Positions 9,994 to 19,448 of a DNA stretch of 64,000 nt are shown here, one piece after another. The stretch is from a virus (taxonomy: Duplodnaviria > Caudoviricetes): IMG/VR virus record IMGVR_UViG_3300010167_000010, positions 160,001 through 224,000 of that record. The stretch is one strand, 5' to 3'. The notes below the pieces were generated by a model that saw only the letters and a program-made list of their open reading frames with translations, made no database searches and was not told where the DNA came from. The first letter of the stretch is position 1; every line of letters begins with the position of its first letter. The translations under genes were made by a program, and so were the position numbers.

Positions 9994-12243
9994 TTACTCT
10001 TTCTTATCTATTTCATCGTTAATCATATTATCTAAGTCTTCACGAAGTGGTTGTGAAAGCATAACATCTAAATTCATATTTTGTTTTTTAGTATCATTTA
10101 ACATATCAATAACTGTCATTTCTTTTAATCTAGATTTACCATTACTTAATGTACCTGTATCACTTTTATCTAATAATACTTGAAATGTTTCATATAATGG
10201 GTGTGATTCAGTAATTTTTGGTATAAGCATTTCATGTGCAATTCCTGGTCGTTGCCATTCTGTTAAATTTTGTTCTGCAAGCCAATTAAAATAAATATCA
10301 TTTTTACATTCTCTATATCGTTCACTTATTTCTTTTAATCGTCTTCGTGCTTCTTTTATACCATTTCGTTTAATCTTTTCTCGTAATAATTTTTTAGTTT
10401 TTAGATAATATTCACGATGTTCTTTATTCATAGACTCTGGTAATTCGCCGCCCTCTTCACCCATGTCTCCACCAGCGTCTCCACCTTCAGCAGCAATATC
10501 AATATCCATATCTCCACCACCCGCGTCATCACCGCCTTCTCCACTTTCTTCATCTGAAGTATCGGCCGCTTGAGCTGCCGCTTTTGCAATGGCGCTGATT
10601 CTAATCCATCGTTGTAAATCAGTTGGATCTAAGAATGTATATTTAGATAAAATATCAGCAACAACATCTTCTGGTAATGGTTCACCTTCTTCCATTCCGA
10701 GAACTCCTTGTAACATTTCAACAATACTATTTGCTAAATCAATTGCAGCAGTTCTAGCTTCTCTTTTATCTTGTCCCATATCTTCAGCTGGAAATCTCAT
10801 AGATAAAACAAATGGGACATTATAATCAAATTCTCCAGTAATAGCAAAATGTAATCTAATAAGCTGTCCTAAACATTCTAAAAATGATGATTGAATTGTA
10901 TAAACGTGTCTAGCAAATGGTTTATATTGTTCTGTTAATGCAATACCTGAATTACCAAAACCGCCAAATTCTTGATCTAAATAAGATTTTGGAACACCAC
11001 AAGCAATAGCAACTCTATCTTGAAACATTTCTAAATCACCAGTAAAATCCATATCAACTTTACTTTCTTTTACATCAAATTCTAATAAACCATCTGGAAC
11101 CCAAATTTTTGTATTTACAGTATATACTTCTAATGAATTACTCATTGGAGTTACACCAATATTTTCATAATCTTCTCTAACTGAATTAACTGTTTCAAAT
11201 GCTGTGGCAACACCAACACCTTCTGTTCCTTTTACTTTATATAATTGAACTGGAAATGATGATGCTCTAGCTAAACCTTGTAATGCCATGGTGCTATAAC
11301 ATTGTTTAAACGGTGCTAAGGCCATGAGTAATGGTGGTGTTCCGTATGGGAAAAATTCACTATTATCTGCTCTGTATCTAAAATGTGTAATAAGCCAAGG
11401 TGGTACAATTATTCCGTCTGCAAATTCAAATCCGAGTAATTTGGTATCGAACATATCAGCAAAATTTTCATCTAAATCGGCGAGATGATCAGTTCCTGCT
11501 CTTGTAGTTATTAAAGTAACTAATTTATTTATTTTAGACTGACGGTTTTTCATTATTTCATTTTCACCAGTCATTTGTGCAACTACTTCAGCCATGTGAG
11601 CAGCGCTGAATTCTAATCGTTCTCTTAATGATGGAACTTTTAATGGTATGATTCGTTCTACTCCACGTTCTGTAACTCTATGAGCCCAAAGTGCTTCACC
11701 ATATTGTTCGAGATCATAACATGCAGAACTAATACGCTGTTGTGTTAAACCCCATTGTGCAAATAATTCGTAACATTTATTTACAAAAGGAATAGATGGA
11801 GATTCAACTGATAATAATCTATTTTGATCATCTAATTGTGTAGCTTCATCTGAAACTAATTGACATACCCGAGATACAAATGGATCATTTAACACCATAA
11901 ATCTTAATTCATTTAATCTTTGTTGTCGTTCAGCTATATCAGAATAAACTAATGTAGTTTCATTTATATATGCATTAAAATATTTATTTAAAGAAGTTGC
12001 TAATGGTGCCGATTTAAAAACTGAACCTAAAGCAGCATGTTTAATTCTATAAACTTCATTACCTACGTCTACTTTTACAAATCGTAATCCATTAACTTTT
12101 TCAAATTCTGTTTCAGCTTTATTTTTTGTAACACCCTGCCACCCAAATATAGATGACATTCTTTTGGAAAAAGATGACTTAAATATTTCTGATTTAGGTT
12201 TATTTCCTGATGAATAAACCGTTTCTTGTAATTTATCTGCCAT
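9994..12243 (-). CDS. portal protein (T4 gp20-like)
   Basis: 749 aa; DPFVSRVCQLVSDEA, ITHFR...YGTPPL, DRVAIACGVPKSYL, FARHVYTIQ pattern of portal proteins; acidic Gly-rich tail; late motif. Confidence 0.85.
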   Translation of the reverse strand: MADKLQETVYSSGNKPKSEIFKSSFSKRMSSIFGWQGVTKNKAETEFEKVNGLRFVKVDVGNEVYRIKHAALGSVFKSAPLATSLNKYFNAYINETTLVYSDIAERQQRLNELRFMVLNDPFVSRVCQLVSDEATQLDDQNRLLSVESPSIPFVNKCYELFAQWGLTQQRISSACYDLEQYGEALWAHRVTERGVERIIPLKVPSLRERLEFSAAHMAEVVAQMTGENEIMKNRQSKINKLVTLITTRAGTDHLADLDENFADMFDTKLLGFEFADGIIVPPWLITHFRYRADNSEFFPYGTPPLLMALAPFKQCYSTMALQGLARASSFPVQLYKVKGTEGVGVATAFETVNSVREDYENIGVTPMSNSLEVYTVNTKIWVPDGLLEFDVKESKVDMDFTGDLEMFQDRVAIACGVPKSYLDQEFGGFGNSGIALTEQYKPFARHVYTIQSSFLECLGQLIRLHFAITGEFDYNVPFVLSMRFPAEDMGQDKREARTAAIDLANSIVEMLQGVLGMEEGEPLPEDVVADILSKYTFLDPTDLQRWIRISAIAKAAAQAADTSDEESGEGGDDAGGGDMDIDIAAEGGDAGGDMGEEGGELPESMNKEHREYYLKTKKLLREKIKRNGIKEARRRLKEISERYRECKNDIYFNWLAEQNLTEWQRPGIAHEMLIPKITESHPLYETFQVLLDKSDTGTLSNGKSRLKEMTVIDMLNDTKKQNMNLDVMLSQPLREDLDNMINDEIDKKE

Positions 12244-12267
12244 AATAATTAGTTTAAAGAGCTATTA

Positions 12268-12903
12268 TTAAATATCATTTAATAATTTAATTGCTTTTCC
12301 TTTTACCAACCATGCTACTCCGAAAAGTACCAACATAATTGCTTCTACGATCCAGATCCACATAACGTGAAAATTAAAATATACTCCGATTGCAGTTACA
12401 GCAAACATTCCTACGATGCCCCAACCACAAATCATATAAATTTTATTTCTTTCTCTTTTTTTATGATTTGAAGTATCACCTTTTGTGAATAACCATAATA
12501 TATTTAATGCTAAAAGCCCAAAAAATACTATAGCACATATATTATGCAACATTGAGGCTACAGGAATAGGTAATGAAAATAATCCAATATGTGTTACTTC
12601 AAGTCCTTTTGGAGATGTTGGAAACAATGCAATACCCATTGCTAAAATGCCAGCACTAATATTTACTAATTTATCTCTCCAATCATACCCAGTATATGTA
12701 ATTAAAAATACCCCTGTCATCATTAATACTGCAACAAAAATATCTCTTGCATTTGTAAAATATGTTGCTGACATACTCCCATACCAAGTACTTGTGGCTG
12801 CGGGATCTAACCACCCAAATAATAAACAAGCAAAAGGTAAAACAATACCTAATACTCCAAGTGTTTGTCTATGTATAAAAAATTGTTTATTTAAGTTCTT
12901 CAT
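12268..12903 (-). CDS. multi-pass membrane protein (DUF998-like)
   Basis: About six hydrophobic helices, SMSATY and HxxxA motifs; TAATG-coupled start at 12903. Confidence 0.6.
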   Translation of the reverse strand: MKNLNKQFFIHRQTLGVLGIVLPFACLLFGWLDPAATSTWYGSMSATYFTNARDIFVAVLMMTGVFLITYTGYDWRDKLVNISAGILAMGIALFPTSPKGLEVTHIGLFSLPIPVASMLHNICAIVFFGLLALNILWLFTKGDTSNHKKRERNKIYMICGWGIVGMFAVTAIGVYFNFHVMWIWIVEAIMLVLFGVAWLVKGKAIKLLNDI

Positions 12904-14027
12904 TAATTCCAATCTTCCCATTCATCGTCTTCGTATTTATCTTCTAAATCATCTAATGAAACCGCACCATCTGAATCATATTCTGATTCATAGCCACTTT
13001 CATAATCTTCGTCATCTTCAATATCATCTCGATAAACTATATTACCCATATCATCTAGACTATCATCGTCTAAACCAGCACCTTTCCAAATATCTTGTTG
13101 ATGTCTCGAAGCATTAATAGATCCCATAACACCTCCATCAACTTCTTCACCAGTAGAGTTTAATTCTCTTTCAACATCTTCAAGCTCCCAATGATAACAG
13201 AAAACTAAAATTTTCTTTGCTGTTTCTTCATCAATTTCTCCGTCTATTAGTGCTTCAAAAACAGTTTCATCGTATTCTGGTAATTCATTCCAATCAGTAA
13301 GTTGCTGCCAACATTGATCATCTAAATCATCATGTTCCATTCTAAAACGTTCTGTTTTTTGATTACCCCATTCAACATCGTCGTCGTCATCATCACTGCC
13401 TTCCATAGCTCGATACATCATATTTTCATTATTTTCCCAAGTATCATATTCGTAATCATCATCATCTTCTAAGTTTTCTCTAAAAACGCTTTCAAAAAGT
13501 TCTTCTTTTTTAGAATCTGATTTACTATTTTTTGGGGCTTTATAAAGTGTTTCTTTTTTATCCATTTTTTCCATACATGTATTATATATTTGTTTAGAAA
13601 TTCTTCCATATTTATAAAGTGTAGCAATAATTGCCCGCTTCATACTAATAGGACCTTTTTGACTAAAAAATTCTTTAAACTCCGGATCTTTAATAGCAAC
13701 TTCATCAATATAAGCTTTCCAATCATTAGGTGATTTTAATCCTTTATAACCAGAAGCTTTTTGCATCATATCATCTATAGCCTCATCTCTTAATCTAGCT
13801 TTTTTCTTTAATGGATATAATGCTTCTTCTTCATCTCGTAATTTTAAGTCTCTTTCTTTTTTAAATGTTGCAAATTCTTCTGGATATGATTTTTCCCAAT
13901 GTTTATCAGCCCAATTTTTTGCTTTTTTATTTGGTAAATTTTGTAAAAAACTAGCAGCAGTATCACCAGCTCCTTGAATAATATTATCTAATAAACTTTC
14001 TTCTAATATATTGTCAAATGTTTTCAT
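12903..14027 (-). CDS. acidic putative internal head protein
   Basis: MKTFDNILEES start at 14027; internal ELFESVFRE; very Asp/Glu-rich C-half. Confidence 0.6.
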   Translation of the reverse strand: MKTFDNILEESLLDNIIQGAGDTAASFLQNLPNKKAKNWADKHWEKSYPEEFATFKKERDLKLRDEEEALYPLKKKARLRDEAIDDMMQKASGYKGLKSPNDWKAYIDEVAIKDPEFKEFFSQKGPISMKRAIIATLYKYGRISKQIYNTCMEKMDKKETLYKAPKNSKSDSKKEELFESVFRENLEDDDDYEYDTWENNENMMYRAMEGSDDDDDDVEWGNQKTERFRMEHDDLDDQCWQQLTDWNELPEYDETVFEALIDGEIDEETAKKILVFCYHWELEDVERELNSTGEEVDGGVMGSINASRHQQDIWKGAGLDDDSLDDMGNIVYRDDIEDDEDYESGYESEYDSDGAVSLDDLEDKYEDDEWEDWN

Positions 14028-14032
14028 ATTTA

Positions 14033-14233
14033 TTACATCCAATCCACATCATCAGAACTTAAATTATCCATAATTTCTATAAAAATAACTTCCATTAAAT
14101 TATCTATATCGACTGGCAAAGTTTCAAAAATACTTTTTAAGGCAGTTTCACATTTAGATAAAGCTTCATCAACTTCGAGTTTAGTTGGGGCTGTTTCTTT
14201 TAATTTATAAATTTCTTCAAATAACTTTTCCAT
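14033..14233 (-). CDS. small putative internal head protein
   Basis: MEKLFEEIYKLKE N-terminus; AGGAG SD. Confidence 0.6.
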   Translation of the reverse strand: MEKLFEEIYKLKETAPTKLEVDEALSKCETALKSIFETLPVDIDNLMEVIFIEIMDNLSSDDVDWM

Positions 14234-14242
14234 TTTTATCTC

Positions 14243-14770
14243 CTATTTTAATTCCATATTTAAAGATTCAACAAATTCATCAAAAGAAGCATTAGCTAAG
14301 TTTAATCGTTTCCAAGAAGATAAAAATAATCGTACATCTTCTTGAGATATACGTAAATAAATATCTTTTTGTTTCATCGATTTATCTTTTGAGGTTTTAA
14401 TTTGAAGCATTCTTTCGTTATCTGTTTTTATATCGTTTAAATTATAAGCTTGTGGGACTGAAATAATACCTGGTAATATATGAGATTGTTGTGGTATCTC
14501 TTTAGAATATTTTGTAGTAATATCGGCACTTTCAGCTTGTAAATTTATAGAATCTACAATACATTCTTTATATATTTTTAAATTTTGAATTAAATGAGAT
14601 AATGTACCAATTGTTGATTCGATTGCTGTTATAGATGATTTAGAAATTGTTGCTAATATTGAAGCATCTTTTGGTGTTAAATTTTTAGGTGCATAGAATT
14701 CTTCTAATTTTTCTTCTTGTAATGGAGCAAGTGTTTCTTGTTCCTTTAAATCGTTAAAGTGAGTATTCAT
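14243..14770 (-). CDS. late hypothetical protein
   Basis: Late motif ACTAAATATT abuts ATG; LKE/LQE/LEE sites in first 25 aa. Confidence 0.7.
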   Translation of the reverse strand: MNTHFNDLKEQETLAPLQEEKLEEFYAPKNLTPKDASILATISKSSITAIESTIGTLSHLIQNLKIYKECIVDSINLQAESADITTKYSKEIPQQSHILPGIISVPQAYNLNDIKTDNERMLQIKTSKDKSMKQKDIYLRISQEDVRLFLSSWKRLNLANASFDEFVESLNMELK

Positions 14771-14798
14771 AATATTTAGTTACAATAAACTAATTATT
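14771..14798. promoter_or_regulatory. back-to-back late promoters
   Basis: ACTAAATATT-ATG (-, 14771-14780) and ACTAATTATT-ATG (+, 14789-14798). Confidence 0.75.
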
Positions 14799-16268
14799 AT
14801 GAAAGATATAGTCCTTGCAATGTTACAGCAAATACATGAAAAACTTAAAGAATATAGATTACGTGAAGGTTTTAAAACTGAAGCTGATTTTAAAGTTTCT
14901 AAAGTAGTTAATCCTGCTTCAATAAATCTTTGGTCAAATAAAACTAATAAACAACTTTTTAAAGCTGCACAAAAGGGAGATAAAACAGCTCTCGAATATT
15001 TATTTTATAAAATGGAACCAGCAATTCAAGGTGCATTCTGGAGAAGTTATTTAGGACCATCTAATAGTATTAGAAGTTATAGAATTAAACATGAAGATGC
15101 TTGGGAACAATGGTTAGGAATAGCTTGGATGGCAATGACAGAAGGATTTGCCGAACAATATAATGTTAAATATAGTGGTGGCGATGCGTATACTGGTGAA
15201 ATAGAAAAAGAATATAGAGCAAAAGGTGCTCTTAAAAGTTATGATGGAAAAATGGAATTTAATCCAGATAAACTCCCAGAAGAAAAATTAATGAACGTAT
15301 TCGCTGGCCGTTATAAACAAATACTTCATAATGCCGCAAAAAATGTTAACGTATCACAAAAATCTGGTGGAATATCAGGAAGAGAAGTTACTGGCGGAAG
15401 TGCTGGTGGAGATTCTGGTTTGTTATCAGTACATCAATATGAACCAACTTGGGTTGAAGGTAAAGATGATGCTGGTGATGATGAAATAGCTACTAGTAAA
15501 GGTCATAAAGATAATACATTTGAAGAAATGTATGAAGATGCTTTTAAAGATTCAGATGATAAAATGGAAAATGATAGCTTCTTAAAACGATGGAAAGAAT
15601 TTGCACAAGATCCAGCACTTAGACAAAATACTAAAGGTGTTACTGTTGCTGATGTTTTCTTTGAAGCTATAGATAATCCAAATGCTGAAATGAGAGCAAT
15701 GGGGACTAAATTAGGAATTGCTAGAAATTCTATTTCTACTCTTTTACATAAAGCACACGAAATATTAGGCACACATAATATTTCTGGAAGTGAATTAATG
15801 AATGCAATTAAATATAATGGTAATGACGTTGTTGCTTCTTATTTAAAATATGCTGATACAGATGTAGAAGATAAACCTGCAATGGATGATAATAGCCCAG
15901 CTGAAAAAACACAAAATGCAAATAATCCATCAACTAAACGAATACAAAAAAGTGTTCAAAATGCAGATTTTACAGAACAATTTAAACAAGCCTTTTATGA
16001 TAATAAAATGTGGGTACCTCACAAACAAGGTGCTGATGCTGCAAATTTAATTTTATGGTGGATAAATGATGATTATCCAACAAATAATGAATTAGCTTCT
16101 GAATATCAACTAAAACAAAAAGATGTAGATTATTGGATGAGAAGAGCTTGGGGCACACTTAAAAAATATGGTGTCTCAGAACAAGATATAAAAGATGCAG
16201 TAAATCAACATGGTAAAAAAGTGATAACAGATCTAATTGGAGAAGACGACCCAGATCACTGGACATAA
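14799..16268 (+). CDS. divergent sigma-70-family factor (SigH/ECF-like region 2, two region-4-like HTHs)
   Basis: KQLFKAAQKGDKTALEYLFYK, FNPDKL..NVFA, HTH-like RAMGTKLGIARNSISTLLHKAHEIL and NNELASEYQLKQKDVDYWMRRAWGTL. Confidence 0.6.
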   Translation: MKDIVLAMLQQIHEKLKEYRLREGFKTEADFKVSKVVNPASINLWSNKTNKQLFKAAQKGDKTALEYLFYKMEPAIQGAFWRSYLGPSNSIRSYRIKHEDAWEQWLGIAWMAMTEGFAEQYNVKYSGGDAYTGEIEKEYRAKGALKSYDGKMEFNPDKLPEEKLMNVFAGRYKQILHNAAKNVNVSQKSGGISGREVTGGSAGGDSGLLSVHQYEPTWVEGKDDAGDDEIATSKGHKDNTFEEMYEDAFKDSDDKMENDSFLKRWKEFAQDPALRQNTKGVTVADVFFEAIDNPNAEMRAMGTKLGIARNSISTLLHKAHEILGTHNISGSELMNAIKYNGNDVVASYLKYADTDVEDKPAMDDNSPAEKTQNANNPSTKRIQKSVQNADFTEQFKQAFYDNKMWVPHKQGADAANLILWWINDDYPTNNELASEYQLKQKDVDYWMRRAWGTLKKYGVSEQDIKDAVNQHGKKVITDLIGEDDPDHWT

Positions 16269-16300
16269 TTGAACTTTCTAATCATATTTCTTATATATTA
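16269..16300 (+). promoter_or_regulatory. early-type promoter TTGAAC-N15-CTTATATA
   Basis: Matches copies at 1682, 24983, 60586. Confidence 0.65.
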
Positions 16301-16325
16301 TTATAATAATTTGGAAGGAAGAACA

Positions 16326-16490
16326 ATGACTTTTATTGGTAATTACAAAGGTTATAATTTTTTTATCACTGACAATCCTAAATTCAATCCCGAAGCCGTT
16401 TGGCTCGCTAACGAAACCAGAACTGATGGCGGCTTTGATACCTGCCTCGGCAGCATTGAAGACGCTTACAATTTTGTTAACGGAGAATAA
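16326..16490 (+). CDS. small early hypothetical protein
   Basis: GAAGGA SD then ATG 16326 (MTFIGNYKG...). Confidence 0.65.
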   Translation: MTFIGNYKGYNFFITDNPKFNPEAVWLANETRTDGGFDTCLGSIEDAYNFVNGE

Positions 16491-16491
16491 T

Positions 16492-16752
16492 ATGAAACGG
16501 AAATATTCATTAGTTGGTGTAGATGGGAACGCATATTCTCTCATGGCCTATACTGCTAATGCAATGAAACGAGAAGGTTATTCACAAGACGATGTCAAAG
16601 CGATGTACGAACTTGCAAAATCTGGTGATTATAATAATCTAATATGTGTTTGTGATTCTTTTATTCAGCAATGTAATCAAGTGCCTGTCCGCGGGCAATA
16701 TGAATCTGAAGAAGATCATGGTAGAGCTGTTGCAGAATATTGGGAGGAATAA
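16492..16752 (+). CDS. phage hypothetical protein (GVDGNA motif)
   Basis: GGAG SD, ATG 16492; LVGVDGNAY...SGDYNNL. Confidence 0.75.
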   Translation: MKRKYSLVGVDGNAYSLMAYTANAMKREGYSQDDVKAMYELAKSGDYNNLICVCDSFIQQCNQVPVRGQYESEEDHGRAVAEYWEE

Positions 16753-16976
16753 TGAATTTACCTTGGGCTAGACCGAATAATTTTAAAGATTTTGAAATGA
16801 TTGAATCTGTTAAAAATGGTTCTCTTTCATTAACCAATTTTAAACATTATATAAAAAGTAGATTTGATAATCAACCCAGTTGGTTTGATTGTGATATAAT
16901 TGCTTATCACTGGGCATTTGGGGGACGGAATACTCTTTCAGCACAACATCATAAAAGAAAATATGGAGATAACTAA
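16752..16976 (+). CDS. hypothetical protein
   Basis: GGAGG SD and TAATG coupling at 16752. Confidence 0.65.
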   Translation: MNLPWARPNNFKDFEMIESVKNGSLSLTNFKHYIKSRFDNQPSWFDCDIIAYHWAFGGRNTLSAQHHKRKYGDN

Positions 16977-17849
16977 ATGAAAGTACAGTCGTTATCTGTA
17001 TGTGTTCCTGGAAATAATTGTATAAATAATTGTCGTTGTTGTGTTTCCAGAATGCATAATAATGATAAACTTTATAAAAATCAACTTGAAGAGAATATTG
17101 CATTTTATGATTTATACTTAAATGATTTTATGAAGAGATTACAATTTTGTAGAGATAATGGTTGTAATACTTTAATGTTAACTGGGACAGTTGAACCGCA
17201 ACAGAATATGTCTTTCTTAAAAGATTTTGGAATAATGATGCGATTAATGAATAATCCTTTCCCAATAATCGAAATGCAAACTACTGGAGTTACAATTGAT
17301 AATCCTAAACTTCGCTTTTTAAGAAATCATGTTGGTGTGAGCACAATATCTTTAAGTTTATTTTCTTTTAATGATAAAGAAAACCAAAATTGTAGAGATA
17401 GTAAATTAGAATTAAATATAAAAGAATTTTGTGATGCTATAAAACTATATGATTTTAATTTACGATTAAGTTTGAATTTAACTAAATATTTTGAAAGATT
17501 TACTCCAGAACAATTAATTATAAGCTGTAAAATTTTAGGTGCTGATCAAATAACTTTTAGAAGACTCTATGATACAAATGATGGAAGTGAACAATCTGAA
17601 TGGACTAAACAAAATAGAGCAACCGAAAATTTTGAAAAAGAACTTTTAAAGTTTTTTGAAAAACAAACTGTCTTAAGAAGATTAGAACATGGACCAATAG
17701 TTCGTTCTATTGATGGAATAAGCACTGTTTTTGATTTAGATTGCATGGCTAAAGAAGATAAACATGATGATAAATGGAAATATTTGATTGTTAGACCTAA
17801 TGGAAAATTATACAGTTCTTGGGATGATCCTGCAAGTTTAATATTTTAG
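16977..17849 (+). CDS. radical SAM protein
   Basis: CINNCRCC (CxxxCxxC), LTGTVEP, C-terminal RPNGKLY. Confidence 0.85.
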   Translation: MKVQSLSVCVPGNNCINNCRCCVSRMHNNDKLYKNQLEENIAFYDLYLNDFMKRLQFCRDNGCNTLMLTGTVEPQQNMSFLKDFGIMMRLMNNPFPIIEMQTTGVTIDNPKLRFLRNHVGVSTISLSLFSFNDKENQNCRDSKLELNIKEFCDAIKLYDFNLRLSLNLTKYFERFTPEQLIISCKILGADQITFRRLYDTNDGSEQSEWTKQNRATENFEKELLKFFEKQTVLRRLEHGPIVRSIDGISTVFDLDCMAKEDKHDDKWKYLIVRPNGKLYSSWDDPASLIF

Positions 17850-17864
17850 GTTAATTTATATTAT

Positions 17865-18058
17865 GGTTACGTAGTTTAAGGAAAATACTTATAATACCTT
17901 CGAGTGGGATAAGATTTAAGCCTGAAGTAGATAATACAAGAAGTAAGGTTCGCAAGTTAAATTTTTAGTATGATATGGTTTGGCGGCGCCGTTAATAAGC
18001 CACTCTGTAGAAATACGATCTTTTATAGGAGATGCTGGCTCGAGGCCAACCGTAATCA
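17865..18058 (+). ncRNA. tRNA-like RNA with 132 nt replacing the anticodon loop
   Basis: Acceptor GGTTACG/CGTAATC+A, U8A9, D-stem GTTT/AAAT with GG in loop, anticodon stem CTTAT/ATAGG, variable AGAT, T-arm GCTGG-CTCGAGG-CCAAC (one mismatch); no encoded CCA. Confidence 0.7.
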
Positions 18059-18060
18059 AA

Positions 18061-18330
18061 ATGAAAACAGTAGAAGAAATTTATTCTTATTTAGTTAACA
18101 TCAAAAATGAAGCATCAAAAATGAATGAAGATTCTTTCGATAAAACTAAAGCATTTAAATTTGTTTATAATCATATTCTAGATTTAATTGATGAACTAAA
18201 CTTTATTGATGAAGAAAATGAATTATTTGATGATGATAATTTTGATAGAAAACCAATAATAACTCAAAAGAAAAAAGAAGATAATGATTTATCTACTACT
18301 GGTAAAATAGATTTAGATGATCTTATTTAG
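18061..18330 (+). CDS. hypothetical protein
   Basis: ATG 18061 (MKTVEEIYSY) just after the tRNA-like RNA; the longer TTG start would run through the RNA. Confidence 0.65.
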   Translation: MKTVEEIYSYLVNIKNEASKMNEDSFDKTKAFKFVYNHILDLIDELNFIDEENELFDDDNFDRKPIITQKKKEDNDLSTTGKIDLDDLI

Positions 18331-19352
18331 GACAAATAGCTCTATTTTGAAAACCAAATTTAAAAGCTTTTTCAGCTGATGATATATGTCCCTTTACATA
18401 TTTTTCTGCTGTTTCATACGGAAAATTTTTAATCCAATTTAAAGATTTTTTATAAGTATCTTTTTCTCTTTCAATTCCAATAAAATTACGATTACTAATA
18501 ATAGAAGAAATACCACTTGCACCACTACCCATAAATGGATCTAATACAGTTTCCCCTTCATTCGAAGATATCATCATTAACATTGATAATAATAAAATTG
18601 GCTTTTGGCATGAGTGAATAGCAGAATCGAATTTATTATTATATGATGGGTTTACAAAAAATGTTACATCAGAAGGATAACCATCAAATTTGAGTGGAAG
18701 TCCAGATGCAATGTCACATACCGTTCCCTTCTTTTGGGCTGTTTCTTCAAATTGGCATTCACTAGAAAATGCCATGATATTACCTAATGAAGTAAATCGT
18801 AATGGTGTTTTCCCATCTTCTCCATAGTCCCACCCTCGTTTTATTCCGCCTTTCATTTTATATGGTGCAATAACTTTTCGAAGATATTCTACAGAATTCC
18901 AAATATAATTTTTAGAATCTTTAGTAAGATGAAATATATCTTCTCGTAATGACTTTAATTTTTTAGTAGTTCCTCTTCCAGATTCTCTAGCATAAATAGC
19001 CCAATTTTCTAAATGATTAGTAAAACCTGTCATTTTAATTGCAGAAAACATTTCGTGTATTCTTGTTGGTCCAAAAAATACCCAACAAGTTCCGGTTGGT
19101 GTTAAAACTCTATAGATTTCATGTAACCATTTCGCAGTAAAGTGAATAAAATCTTCCGATGTTTTAAAAGTGTCCCAATCTGTTTCATTCTTATTGTGAT
19201 ACTTATTATTGAATTTAATTCCGTATGGAACTCACCTAAGGAGGGTCGGCTATAACACAGCCGACCGAATTATCTGGAAACTGTTTAAGAAAATGAAAAC
19301 AATCTCCATTATATAATTTTATATTAGAAGTATATAGATTTAATTCATTCAT
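18323..19352 (-). CDS. beta-class N6A/N4C DNA methyltransferase interrupted by a 13-nt gap inside DPPY
   Basis: 5' part 19352-19239 MNELN...LYNGDCFHFLKQFPDNSVGCVIADPP-TAG; 3' part from 19228 PYGIKF...EIYRVLTPTG...HSCQKP...VLDPFMGSG...FIGIE in another frame. Confidence 0.85.
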
Positions 19353-19448
19353 AGTAATGAGTTTAAATCGTTATTTTTTAAAATCTTCTGACTATATTTA
19401 TAATTGAGGAATACTATTTTCTAGCCTCTTCCCAACAATGGAGAAAAA

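Noticed and set aside
17865-18058. Canonical tmRNA or ordinary tRNA call
   Set aside because: No G3-U70, a paired D-stem, only 194 nt, no Ala-ending tag and no recognisable anticodon loop; kept as tRNA-like only
17980-18060. TTG-start N-terminal extension of the 18330-ending ORF
   Set aside because: Runs through the 3' half of the tRNA-like RNA; ATG 18061 is more plausible
19230-19237. AG/GTGAGT resembles a spliceosomal donor site
   Set aside because: Context is a bacteriophage, and cutting there would leave the TAG in the message
19236-19238. TAG reassignment or readthrough as the explanation for the broken methylase
   Set aside because: The 3' part is in a different frame, so readthrough cannot restore DPPY; long ORFs have no in-frame TAG and several genes end in TAG
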